Positions 1 to 6,237 of a stretch of 9,680 bases of DNA are shown piece by piece. A program made the translations under genes and the position numbers. Origin of the DNA: PVC group bacterium (GTDB lineage Bacteria; GCA-001730085; JADFSZ01); NCBI GenBank assembly GCA_022560555.1, contig JADFSZ010000053.1, forward strand, positions 1-9,680, given 5' to 3'. Positions within the stretch are counted from its first letter, which is position 1. Every line of letters begins with the position of its first letter. The notes under the pieces are model-generated. The model was not told the origin of the DNA, did not search any database, and saw only the letters and a program-made list of their open reading frames with translations.

Positions 1-1
1 C

Positions 2-388
2 AGAGCTTGTATGCATAAACAGACGGTACCCTTGACCCCTCCGGGTTACCGGCGGGATTGGGTTTTTATCGAAGATGTTATTGAGGCTTACCTGCTCGCT
101 GTAGGTGCTGAGAATACTGCCGGCGAGATTATAAATGTGGGCTCCCAAGAGCAATGGAGCAATGAAGAAGTTGTTGATATGGTTCAGGATATATGTGGGC
201 AAAAGATTGAAGTACAAGTTGGAGCACATAGACCTACCTCCTTTGACACCGCTCAATGGGTGGCAGGCATCGAGAAGGCTCAAAAATTACTTGGATGGAA
301 ACCTCGTCATACGTTCCGGAGGGGGTTGGAAAAGACTATTTCCTGGTTTCGACTTCATCAAGATGCTTATAAGAATGTTTTACGTTAA
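2..388 (+). CDS. NAD-dependent epimerase/dehydratase (extended SDR family), C-terminal part; the 5' end lies upstream of the window
   Basis: The frame is open from base 2, with no stop before the ATG at 11, so the gene is cut by the window edge. The translation RRDWVFIEDVIEAYLLA...GEIINVGS...KAQKLLGWKPRHTFRRGLEKTISW fits the C-terminal half of UDP-sugar 4-epimerase / dTDP-glucose dehydratase-like enzymes (RD-aromatic-x-x-x-D-V, N-x-G and LGW-x-P motifs, recalled from memory). Stop TAA at 386-388. Confidence 0.8.
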   Translation, partial: RACMHKQTVPLTPPGYRRDWVFIEDVIEAYLLAVGAENTAGEIINVGSQEQWSNEEVVDMVQDICGQKIEVQVGAHRPTSFDTAQWVAGIEKAQKLLGWKPRHTFRRGLEKTISWFRLHQDAYKNVLR

Positions 389-409
389 AAAAGGATAAGA
401 ATAACCGAA

Positions 410-1159
410 ATGAAAAACAAATCTAATTTATTCGCAGGCACGACACTTCAAGATCCATATATTAGTGTTGTTGTTCCTGTCTATCAGAATAGAGAGACGC
501 TATATGCACTCTTTAACCGTTTGCACCAAGTTCTCCAATCTAAGGGATTTTCATATGAAATTATTTTTGTGAATGATGCGAGTCCTGATGATTTACTTGT
601 CATATTAGAAAAGCTCGCTCGTGAAAATTCACAAGTAGGAGTGTTGGATTTGGAGCGCAATATAGGACAAAATCAGGCGGTATTGGTTGGTTTACGCTAT
701 GCGAGGGGAACATGTGTAGTGATTATGGATGCAGACTTGCAGGATCCCCCAGAGGCTATTCCTGATCTCGTTGATAAGTTACAAGAAGGTACAGCCGCTG
801 TTTTTGCGGGAAGACGCGGCCAGTATGAGTCTCCCTTTAGACTTTTCACCTCTCGGCTGTTTAAAAAACTGCTTCAGTTATTATGCGGTGTTCCTGAAGA
901 TGCCGGTATTTTTGTGGCAATGAATAGACATACAGTAAAGTGCCTTCTTGGCTTTAATACAACACGGCCTTCTATTGTGGCAATGATTGGCTGCACTCAG
1001 CTTCCTCTGGTATCGATTCCGGTAGTGCGAGCTCAGCGTCCTTCCGGTATTTCCGCCTACAGCTTCTGGAGGCGTTTCAAGGCCGGCCTCCTAACCATAG
1101 CCTGGGTAATTGCCTGGAAGTGGTTTCCTGGCTTTCGTACGTCGAAACGTTGCGAATAA
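410..1159 (+). CDS. Family 2 glycosyltransferase (polyprenyl-phosphate sugar transferase / DPM1-ArnC-like), possibly C-terminally truncated
   Basis: Classic GT2 N-terminus ISVVVPVYQNRETL...YEIIFVNDASPDD and the D-x-D region VIMDADLQDPPEAIPDL. At 249 aa it ends just after the G-x-S-x-YS segment. Longer relatives normally carry two C-terminal TM helices after that point. The last codons run into a transposase relic. Confidence 0.88.
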   Translation: MKNKSNLFAGTTLQDPYISVVVPVYQNRETLYALFNRLHQVLQSKGFSYEIIFVNDASPDDLLVILEKLARENSQVGVLDLERNIGQNQAVLVGLRYARGTCVVIMDADLQDPPEAIPDLVDKLQEGTAAVFAGRRGQYESPFRLFTSRLFKKLLQLLCGVPEDAGIFVAMNRHTVKCLLGFNTTRPSIVAMIGCTQLPLVSIPVVRAQRPSGISAYSFWRRFKAGLLTIAWVIAWKWFPGFRTSKRCE

Positions 1160-1495
1160 AGATGCCTATTTGCTATCTTTAGTGCGGTATATCCATTTGA
1201 ACCCTGTTAGAGCAAATATGATAGAGTATAAGGATCTCAGGCGTTATAAATGGTCAGGACACAGAGAAATATTAGAAGAAAGGGAAGCGCCTTTCAGCCC
1301 CCGTTATAATTGGACTCAAGCATAAGGGAGAAATCTTGGTAGAATGAAGGCCTCTTTAGAAGTGGCGGAGGCAAATGGGGTGTGAGGGAGCGCAAGAATG
1401 AAGAGCGTGAGATGTATGACGATCGAATATTGGGAAACGGTAGTTTTGTTGAGAACGTAGATGTGCTCAAACTTCTTTACATGAGAAGGTTTTGA
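1151..1495 (+). pseudogene. Relic of an IS200-like / COG1943 (Y1, HUH-type) transposase. Only the C-terminal part survives, split over at least two frames
   Basis: ORF 1110..1325 encodes KDAYLLSLVRYIHLNPVRANMIEYKDLRRYKWSGHREIL. This is the highly conserved YLLxLxRYIHLNPVRA...Y.WSSH block of COG1943 transposases. After the stop at 1323-1325, homology resumes in another frame (1343..1495): SGGGKWGVRERKNEEREMYDDRILGNGSFVENV, which is the typical D-x-RILG-x-x-x-FVE tail. The N-terminal HUH and catalytic Tyr regions are absent. Confidence 0.7.
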
Positions 1496-1533
1496 AATTG
1501 TCGGGGTTGTTCCGAATCTAAGGAAAAGAGATA

Positions 1534-2334
1534 ATGGTAAAAACTAATATTCCCTTTTATCTTTCGCTCGCAGGGATCGCGGGGATTGTCTTTTTTCTAG
1601 CCTTGGAAAGGGTTTTTCCTTTTCGGCGGATGACGTTACTGCCCTGGCAAAGATGGCTTATCAATTTTTCCCTCAGTTTTTGTAACCTTCTTATTGTGGA
1701 TCAAGGCTTTGTGATTCTTCTGCAACGAACGTCTCTTTTTACAGAGCTGTTTCATCTAGATTTATTTGGCCGTCTCGGTCTCAATAGTTTTTCGCGCGTC
1801 ATACTTACGATTGTGATTTTAGATCTCGCGATGTATGTCTGGCATCGTCTCAATCACGCGATTCCTTTTTTGTGGCGGTTTCACAGGGTGCACCACAGCG
1901 ATCGCGAAGTGGATGTCACGACAGCTTCCCGTTTCCATTTTGGAGAGGTGACCTTGGGAGCCATGATCAATTATGCCCTCATGCTTTCTTTGGGTGCCTC
2001 CATTTGGGAGGTACGCATTTTTAAGGTGATCTTTGTTTTTATGACCCAACTCACGCATAGCAATATCAGGATCGCCAAACCACAGGAGGATATCTTCTGG
2101 CTTGTCTTTGTGTCGCCATCCATGCATCGCATTCACCATTCGGATATTCGTTGCGAGACCGATTCGAATTACGGTACGATATTTTCCGTTTGGGACAGAT
2201 TGTTCAGAACTATAGTGAGTGGTGTCAATGCCAAGAAGCTTCACTTTGGTCTTAAGGAATTTGAAAAACCGCAGGAACTCACATGGCCGCGGCTCATCAC
2301 CATGCCCTTGAAACCCGTGGAAAGGAAAAAATGA
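1534..2334 (+). CDS. Fatty acid hydroxylase / sterol desaturase family integral membrane protein (di-iron, histidine-box enzyme)
   Basis: Three histidine boxes in the canonical order: WHRLNH, FHRVHHSD and MHRIHHSD. Several hydrophobic helices. Purine-rich RBS (AAGGAAAAGAG) upstream of the ATG at 1534. Confidence 0.88.
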   Translation: MVKTNIPFYLSLAGIAGIVFFLALERVFPFRRMTLLPWQRWLINFSLSFCNLLIVDQGFVILLQRTSLFTELFHLDLFGRLGLNSFSRVILTIVILDLAMYVWHRLNHAIPFLWRFHRVHHSDREVDVTTASRFHFGEVTLGAMINYALMLSLGASIWEVRIFKVIFVFMTQLTHSNIRIAKPQEDIFWLVFVSPSMHRIHHSDIRCETDSNYGTIFSVWDRLFRTIVSGVNAKKLHFGLKEFEKPQELTWPRLITMPLKPVERKK

Positions 2335-3356
2335 TGAAGACAGGAACCGTGAAATTCAAAATCGTTTTTCTGCTTATGGTGCTGATATTAGTGCCGGGCG
2401 GGGTATGGGGCATAGCAGGGCTGCGTGTCCCTTCCTCACGACTCGTAGATTTTGATTATGAAATACGCATTCACGATATTCCTCAAGGCAGCAGGGAATT
2501 GAAAGTCTGGCTGCCTCTTTTAGCTCAAACCCCCTATCAGGAAATTAAAAACATAACCATCGAACCACAGGAACACACGGCAATCTACTATGATCCGGTC
2601 TATCACAATAAAATTCTCAGTTATACGGTTGACATAGCGCGACGGGATTCCTTAATATTCAATGTGCGCTATCGCGTGAAGCGCTATGAATATTCAAATA
2701 AACACGGTATTTTGAAGACGGTTTTGGCGAAAGATGCGGATTTGAATCGATACCTCAAGGCCAATCGTTTGGTCACCATAAGTCCCAAGGTTAAAGACTT
2801 GGCCGATGAAATTACAATAGCCGAGACATCGACGATGGGGAAAGCTCGTGCGATTTATGACTATATTTTTCACAATGTTTCGTACGACAAAACCATTTTG
2901 GGTTGGGGAAACGGCGATACGGAACGGGTCTGTTCGGTAAAGGCCGGCAACTGCACGGATTTTCATTCGTTATTTATTTCGCTCGCGCGTGCCGTGGATA
3001 TTCCGGCAAAATTCGTGATGGGTGTTCCTCTCATCCATAATACACCGGAAGGCGAGATTTGCGGATATCATTGCTGGGCGGAGTTTTATGATGAGATTTT
3101 AGGGTGGGTACCCGTGGATATTTCGGAGGCTTGGAAGGACAAAGCGAAATACGAATATTATTTCGGCACAATCGGACCGGACCGCCTTGAGGTGAGCGTG
3201 GGACGGGACATTGTTTTGGATCCGAATATTCACATGGAACCTTTGAATTATTTTATTTATCCGTATGTGGAAATAGATGGAAAGGTTTTTGAGCAGGTCC
3301 GAACATCTTTTCGGTTTAAAGAGGTGAATCAAAGAAAGGAGGCGCGCGCAACTTAA
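2331..3356 (+). CDS. Secreted transglutaminase-like (Cys-His-Asp) superfamily protein
   Basis: I prefer the ATG at 2331 over the ORF-track start at 2283. It has GGAAAGGA 5-12 nt upstream, forms an ATGA overlap with the upstream stop (2332-2334), and yields a signal-peptide-like N-terminus MMKTGTVKFKIVFLLMVLILVPGGVWG. Transglutaminase core motifs are present: GNCTDFHSLFISLARAVDIPAK (Cys), GYHCWAEFY (His) and GWVPVDISE (Asp). Confidence 0.88.
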   Translation: MMKTGTVKFKIVFLLMVLILVPGGVWGIAGLRVPSSRLVDFDYEIRIHDIPQGSRELKVWLPLLAQTPYQEIKNITIEPQEHTAIYYDPVYHNKILSYTVDIARRDSLIFNVRYRVKRYEYSNKHGILKTVLAKDADLNRYLKANRLVTISPKVKDLADEITIAETSTMGKARAIYDYIFHNVSYDKTILGWGNGDTERVCSVKAGNCTDFHSLFISLARAVDIPAKFVMGVPLIHNTPEGEICGYHCWAEFYDEILGWVPVDISEAWKDKAKYEYYFGTIGPDRLEVSVGRDIVLDPNIHMEPLNYFIYPYVEIDGKVFEQVRTSFRFKEVNQRKEARAT

Positions 3357-3415
3357 TACAATGCAAAATTCGTTGGTTTACATACTTCACAACACAATAA
3401 ATGAGGAGAAAATAA

Positions 3416-3952
3416 GTGAACAAATTCATAGTCTTAATCATGATTATCAATGCTATGGTTTTTGGAGCCGGTTCGATGGTTTTGGCGGCCGAGCATGGAG
3501 GGCAAGAACACGGTGGAACAAGCGTAAAAGAAAACGGCGGGACAAGCACTCCGTCTAATGATGCCATTCGGACGGCCATGACAGATTATGTCATGAGAGA
3601 ATCCGAGGCAACGGGAACATTAGATGTGTTAGATCCCGAAACGGGGCAAACGCGACAATTAGAACTCGTCAGAGTTCATGAACGTGTTGGCAAAACAGGA
3701 AATTACTATTACTCTTGTGCGGATTTTAAAGATATCAAGACCGGTCAGCTTCTTGATCTTGATCTTGATGTGGAAGACGAAGGCGGCCGCTTAAGTGTCA
3801 AGGACGTGAGAATTCACAAAGTCGATGGGCATGAACGCTATACGTACGATTCCTCTGACAATCGAATTCCTGTCATGGAGGAAGGCAGTCATAGGGAAGG
3901 ATCTGAGCACGGAGGCAAAGAACACGGAGGCAAGGAGCACGGAGGCAATTAA
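3416..3952 (+). CDS. Secreted protein of unknown function with E-H-G-G tandem repeats at both ends of the mature chain (candidate periplasmic metal-binding protein)
   Basis: GTG start 7 nt downstream of GAGGAG (3403-3408). Signal peptide MNKFIVLIMIINAMVFGAGSMVLA, then AEHGGQEHGGTSVKENGGTS. A roughly 110 aa acidic core follows. The C-terminus is SEHGGKEHGGKEHGGN. I cannot name a family for the core. Confidence 0.78.
   Translation: MNKFIVLIMIINAMVFGAGSMVLAAEHGGQEHGGTSVKENGGTSTPSNDAIRTAMTDYVMRESEATGTLDVLDPETGQTRQLELVRVHERVGKTGNYYYSCADFKDIKTGQLLDLDLDVEDEGGRLSVKDVRIHKVDGHERYTYDSSDNRIPVMEEGSHREGSEHGGKEHGGKEHGGN
3491..3544 (+). repeat. In-frame 15-bp repeats encoding EHGGQ / EHGGT, plus a degenerate ENGGT copy
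   Basis: gagcatggagggcaa (3491-3505) and gaacacggtggaaca (3506-3520) are adjacent copies. gaaaacggcgggaca (3530-3544) is a diverged third copy after a 9-bp spacer. Confidence 0.8.
3905..3949 (+). repeat. Three perfect-register 15-bp tandem repeats encoding EHGGK-EHGGK-EHGGN directly before the stop codon
   Basis: gagcacggaggcaaa (3905-3919), gaacacggaggcaag (3920-3934) and gagcacggaggcaat (3935-3949), followed by TAA at 3950-3952. Confidence 0.95.
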
Positions 3953-4136
3953 GAGGATGTAAGTGGAGCGGAGCCGCTGTCAAGATTTTGGAGCGCGCAT
4001 TTAGAGGCCTTTGCCTCCCGAAATACACCATCTAAAACTAAAGTATTCGAAGAAATGTTGGAAAAATGTTTTCAATCATTTGTGACTCAGTTCAATATGC
4101 TTTTAAGTCTGTTAGAAAGTTTGGACGATTGAAATC

Positions 4137-4721
4137 ATGGCGGATCACGGAATAACAATCAGGAGGCTTATTGTTCGTGCGCGGAAGTTGACGATTGTTT
4201 TGACTTTTCTATTCGGACTGAGTCTGAATGGGATGAACAGTCCGCAAGCGGCACAAGTCGGCCAACAAGCATCCCAATGGGTTGTCTCGGAATGGGTCAA
4301 CAGTGAGCCGATCTCATTAGACCAGCTTAAAGGGAAGGTCGTTGTGATTGATTTTTTTCAGCTGTGGTGTCCGGGGTGTAATCGTTTTTCCATTCCGCTT
4401 ATGCTTCAATGGGAGAAAAAATATAAAAACGCCGCTGATGTTCAGCTGGTAGGGATTCATACGGTTTTCGAAGGGCATGATTATCAAACAGCCGAACGCT
4501 TGAGGGAATATGTAAAAGAAAAGGGGATACAACATCCGGTAGGAATGGACGCGCATGTGAGCGACACCCGGCTCCCGGAGACCATGATCCGTTATCAAAC
4601 AAAAGGAACCCCTGAGATGGCGATTGTGGACAAGCAAGGAGTGATTCGTTTTCAAAAATTCGGCTCTTTTGATATTGGAGAGGCAGAAAGTTTGATCGCG
4701 GAATTACGACGTGCCTTCTAA
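4137..4721 (+). CDS. Exported thioredoxin-fold thiol:disulfide oxidoreductase (redoxin / TlpA-like family), CPGC active site
   Basis: KGKVVVIDFFQLWCPGCNRFSIPL is the beta-strand plus W-C-x-x-C signature of TlpA/AhpC-TSA-like redoxins. The conserved cis-Pro region GTPEMAIVD lies near the C-terminus. The N-terminus has a hydrophobic segment LTIVLTFLFGLSL followed by PQAAQ, consistent with a signal peptide or anchor. Confidence 0.85.
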   Translation: MADHGITIRRLIVRARKLTIVLTFLFGLSLNGMNSPQAAQVGQQASQWVVSEWVNSEPISLDQLKGKVVVIDFFQLWCPGCNRFSIPLMLQWEKKYKNAADVQLVGIHTVFEGHDYQTAERLREYVKEKGIQHPVGMDAHVSDTRLPETMIRYQTKGTPEMAIVDKQGVIRFQKFGSFDIGEAESLIAELRRAF

Positions 4722-4750
4722 ATTTCAGGAAGGCGAAAGGAGGAGAGCAG

Positions 4751-5158
4751 ATGAACAATATTCTTCGAGGATTCATAATGTTTTTGTTCTTAGGTCTTGC
4801 TTGTCCCCTGCCGTCTTTTGCCATGCCGGTGGAAGAGCTATCTTATGAAGGGAAAATACCCGAGGAAGGGTTGTTTCATACGGCAAGGTTTAAAAGTCTA
4901 GGGCTGAATGTCGATAGCGGCACGAAAAATATTCATCATGAAAAAATGCGTGTTCAACAACGGCGTAAATCAAAAGCCCCAATGAGGACAACTGCCGGTG
5001 GATATGCATTCGCAACTCTTTTGGACCAAGATCATTTTGATTTAGATGTGCTGGTGATGGGATTCCTTTCTCCTTCTGCTCCCGCAGTTCCGGAGCCGAT
5101 GTCTCTTATTCTTGTGGCGTCGGGATTGTTGGGGGTCTTGACTCGACGACGCAGATGA
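4751..5158 (+). CDS. Small PEP-CTERM sorting-domain protein (predicted exosortase substrate)
   Basis: Strong RBS AAGGAGGAG (4737-4745). N-terminal signal peptide MFLFLGLACPLPSFA. The C-terminus VPEPMSLILVASGLLGVLTRRRR has the textbook PEP-CTERM architecture: PEP motif, TM helix and Arg cluster. Confidence 0.85.
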   Translation: MNNILRGFIMFLFLGLACPLPSFAMPVEELSYEGKIPEEGLFHTARFKSLGLNVDSGTKNIHHEKMRVQQRRKSKAPMRTTAGGYAFATLLDQDHFDLDVLVMGFLSPSAPAVPEPMSLILVASGLLGVLTRRRR

Positions 5159-5189
5159 CCCGAACAGAAGATCTGATTTTCTCCATTTG

Positions 5190-5210
5190 AAACCGAAAGA
5201 ACACGGTTTT
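5190..5210 (+). terminator. Weak candidate intrinsic terminator after the PEP-CTERM gene
   Basis: AAACCG (5190-5195), an 8-nt loop, then CGGTTT (5204-5209) running into TTTT. The stem is only 6 bp and AT-biased, and the U-tract is short. Confidence 0.25.
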
Positions 5211-5274
5211 GGTAAAAATATTATGATGATTATTTATTTTGCGGCTACAAAATTAAGCGTGCGGTTGTAAGAGC

Positions 5275-6237
5275 ATGAAAAATTCTAATAAATGGCTCCT
5301 ATCAATAAAAGAAAGAAAGTTCAGAGGTATTCGGATTTGTCTGAGCGCTATTGTTATTGTTGGAGTATTCTTAAGTTATGAATTTTTAACGGCCCGTTCA
5401 AGAGTCGAATCTGAAATAAAAGATATTTACTTTAGCTTGAAACAAGCTTCCGCGGAAAAGCAAGATTTAGACAGCACAAAGAGAGAAGAACTCATCAGAA
5501 AACTTATTTCCAAAGAGCCTTCTTACCGTTGGGAGGCCGCTTCTGAGTTGGCAAGGTGGAAAGATCAAAAATCGGTAAATGCCATCATTGATGCCATGCG
5601 GGACACAAAAGGAACAATTCGTACTTGTGTCATGGCTGAGTCATTAGGTAGGATTGGGGACAGAAAAGCCATACCCGCTCTCATTCAAGCCATGAATCAG
5701 CCTGTTAATCAAGACTTGCGTATTTGCGCCACTCAAGCGATAGGTGAAATGAGGGATAAACGAGCTTTAAGCCCCCTCATAGAAAAAATACGTCATTCGG
5801 AAGACGAGTTTTTCACTGCTGAGGCACTAGGAAAATTAGGAGATAAAAAAGCGTTACCCATATTAGATGAGGCCGCCAAGAAATCAAAGGATCCTCTCAT
5901 TCAAGCGGCTATCCATCGCGCCATTGTGATGATTCAAATACAGAATGAGAAAGATCTTGTTTCGGCATTCATTGAGGCATTGAATAACGAAGATGATCAA
6001 ATAAGGTTCTGGGCCCTTAAAAATTTAGCTCTTAAGCGGGACTCAAAAGCCATTGAGCCCATTGCCAATACACTCCAAACATCAAATTCTAAGGATATAA
6101 AAATATATGCAGCGGCTACTTTAGCCTATTATGGAAAAGGAACAAGACCCTTCCTTGAAAAAGCAAAACTGACGGACGATAAGATAACCCTTTGGGCAGC
6201 GGAGTATGCTATTAAGCTTTTGAATAAAAAATCATGA
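5275..6237 (+). CDS. HEAT-repeat (PBS-lyase HEAT-like) protein with a single N-terminal TM anchor
   Basis: Repeated units with the signature G-x-(I/L/M)-(G/R)-D-x-(K/R)-A-(I/L)-(P/S)-x-L-I: GRIGDRKAIPALIQAM, GEMRDKRALSPLIEKI, GKLGDKKALPILDEAA and LKRDSKAIEPIANTL. The N-terminus is MKNSNKWLLSIKERKFRGIR followed by a hydrophobic helix ICLSAIVIVGVFLSYEFL. The stop TGA (6235-6237) overlaps the sigma factor ATG (6234-6236). Confidence 0.82.
   Translation: MKNSNKWLLSIKERKFRGIRICLSAIVIVGVFLSYEFLTARSRVESEIKDIYFSLKQASAEKQDLDSTKREELIRKLISKEPSYRWEAASELARWKDQKSVNAIIDAMRDTKGTIRTCVMAESLGRIGDRKAIPALIQAMNQPVNQDLRICATQAIGEMRDKRALSPLIEKIRHSEDEFFTAEALGKLGDKKALPILDEAAKKSKDPLIQAAIHRAIVMIQIQNEKDLVSAFIEALNNEDDQIRFWALKNLALKRDSKAIEPIANTLQTSNSKDIKIYAAATLAYYGKGTRPFLEKAKLTDDKITLWAAEYAIKLLNKKS

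Noticed and set aside
135-398. Alternative-frame + strand ORFs 135..398, 729..923, 3361..3558, 6969..7472 and 7946..8182
   Set aside because: They overlap well-supported genes in another frame and have no recognisable motifs. The 6969..7472 product is Arg/Ser-rich nonsense, typical of an off-frame reading of a membrane protein gene.
1110-1325. ORF 1110..1325 as an intact 71-aa gene
   Set aside because: Its first 15 codons overlap the GT2 gene and have no RBS. The conserved part is only an internal fragment of a roughly 230-300 aa transposase family, and homology continues in a different frame after its stop. It is better described as a pseudogene relic.
2283-2330. Longer N-terminal extensions from the ORF track: ATG at 2283 for the transglutaminase-like gene, TTG at 6871 for ccdA, TTG at 8680 for the L,D-transpeptidase
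   Set aside because: The extensions (MAAAHHHALETRGKEK, MHFFCSLIFEEFN, MVIKTWKFFNHYSETF) precede obvious signal or TM starts. They overlap upstream coding sequence or lack an RBS, and two use rare TTG starts. Internal ATG/GTG starts with better context are preferred, but none is experimentally certain.
3491-3949. Short direct repeats considered as a CRISPR array or non-coding repeat array
   Set aside because: The repeats are 15 bp, in frame and contiguous (no spacers), and they encode the EHGG peptide repeat inside a clear CDS. They are not a CRISPR array.
4004-4017. Hairpin GAGGC-cttt-GCCTC after the EHGG gene as a terminator
   Set aside because: The stem is only 5 bp and no T-tract follows it (ccgaaatac). 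This is insufficient for an intrinsic terminator call.
4055-4132. 25-codon ORF (MLEKCFQSFVTQFNMLLSLLESLDD) ending 4 nt before the redoxin start, and a 15-codon ORF at 5223..5270 ending 4 nt before the HEAT gene
   Set aside because: Neither has a Shine-Dalgarno sequence. Both sit in AT-rich intergenic DNA, where short ORFs arise by chance. Nothing in the sequence argues for leader-peptide attenuation (no downstream alternative hairpins seen).
4137-4260. Possible twin-arginine (Tat) signal, and an internal AGGAGG, in the CPGC redoxin N-terminus (ITIRRLIVRARK)
   Set aside because: The RR is not in a good S/T-R-R-x-F-L-K context, and a second basic cluster follows it. The AGGAGG at 4161-4166 simply encodes the Arg-Arg pair and has no in-frame start codon at a workable distance. 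An ordinary Sec signal or anchor is the simpler reading.
1819-4824. Minus-strand ORFs 1819..2244, 2694..2966, 3099..3332, 3316..3579, 4317..4655 and 4399..4824 (also 6482..6775 and 8984..9184 further right)
   Set aside because: Each lies entirely antisense to a + strand gene that has strong family motifs. Their translations are low-complexity or Arg/Ser/Pro-rich with no recognisable motifs, RBS or signal sequences. They are typical shadow ORFs.
5159-5274. ECF-type (GAAC ... CGTC-like) or sigma70 promoter upstream of the HEAT-sigma pair (TGAAAC at 5188-5193, GAAC at 5199-5202, TTGGTA-N16/17-TATTTA)
   Set aside because: The AAC-containing elements are not followed by a convincing -10 at 16-17 nt, and the sigma70-like match is poor. 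I cannot support a specific promoter call here without transcript data.
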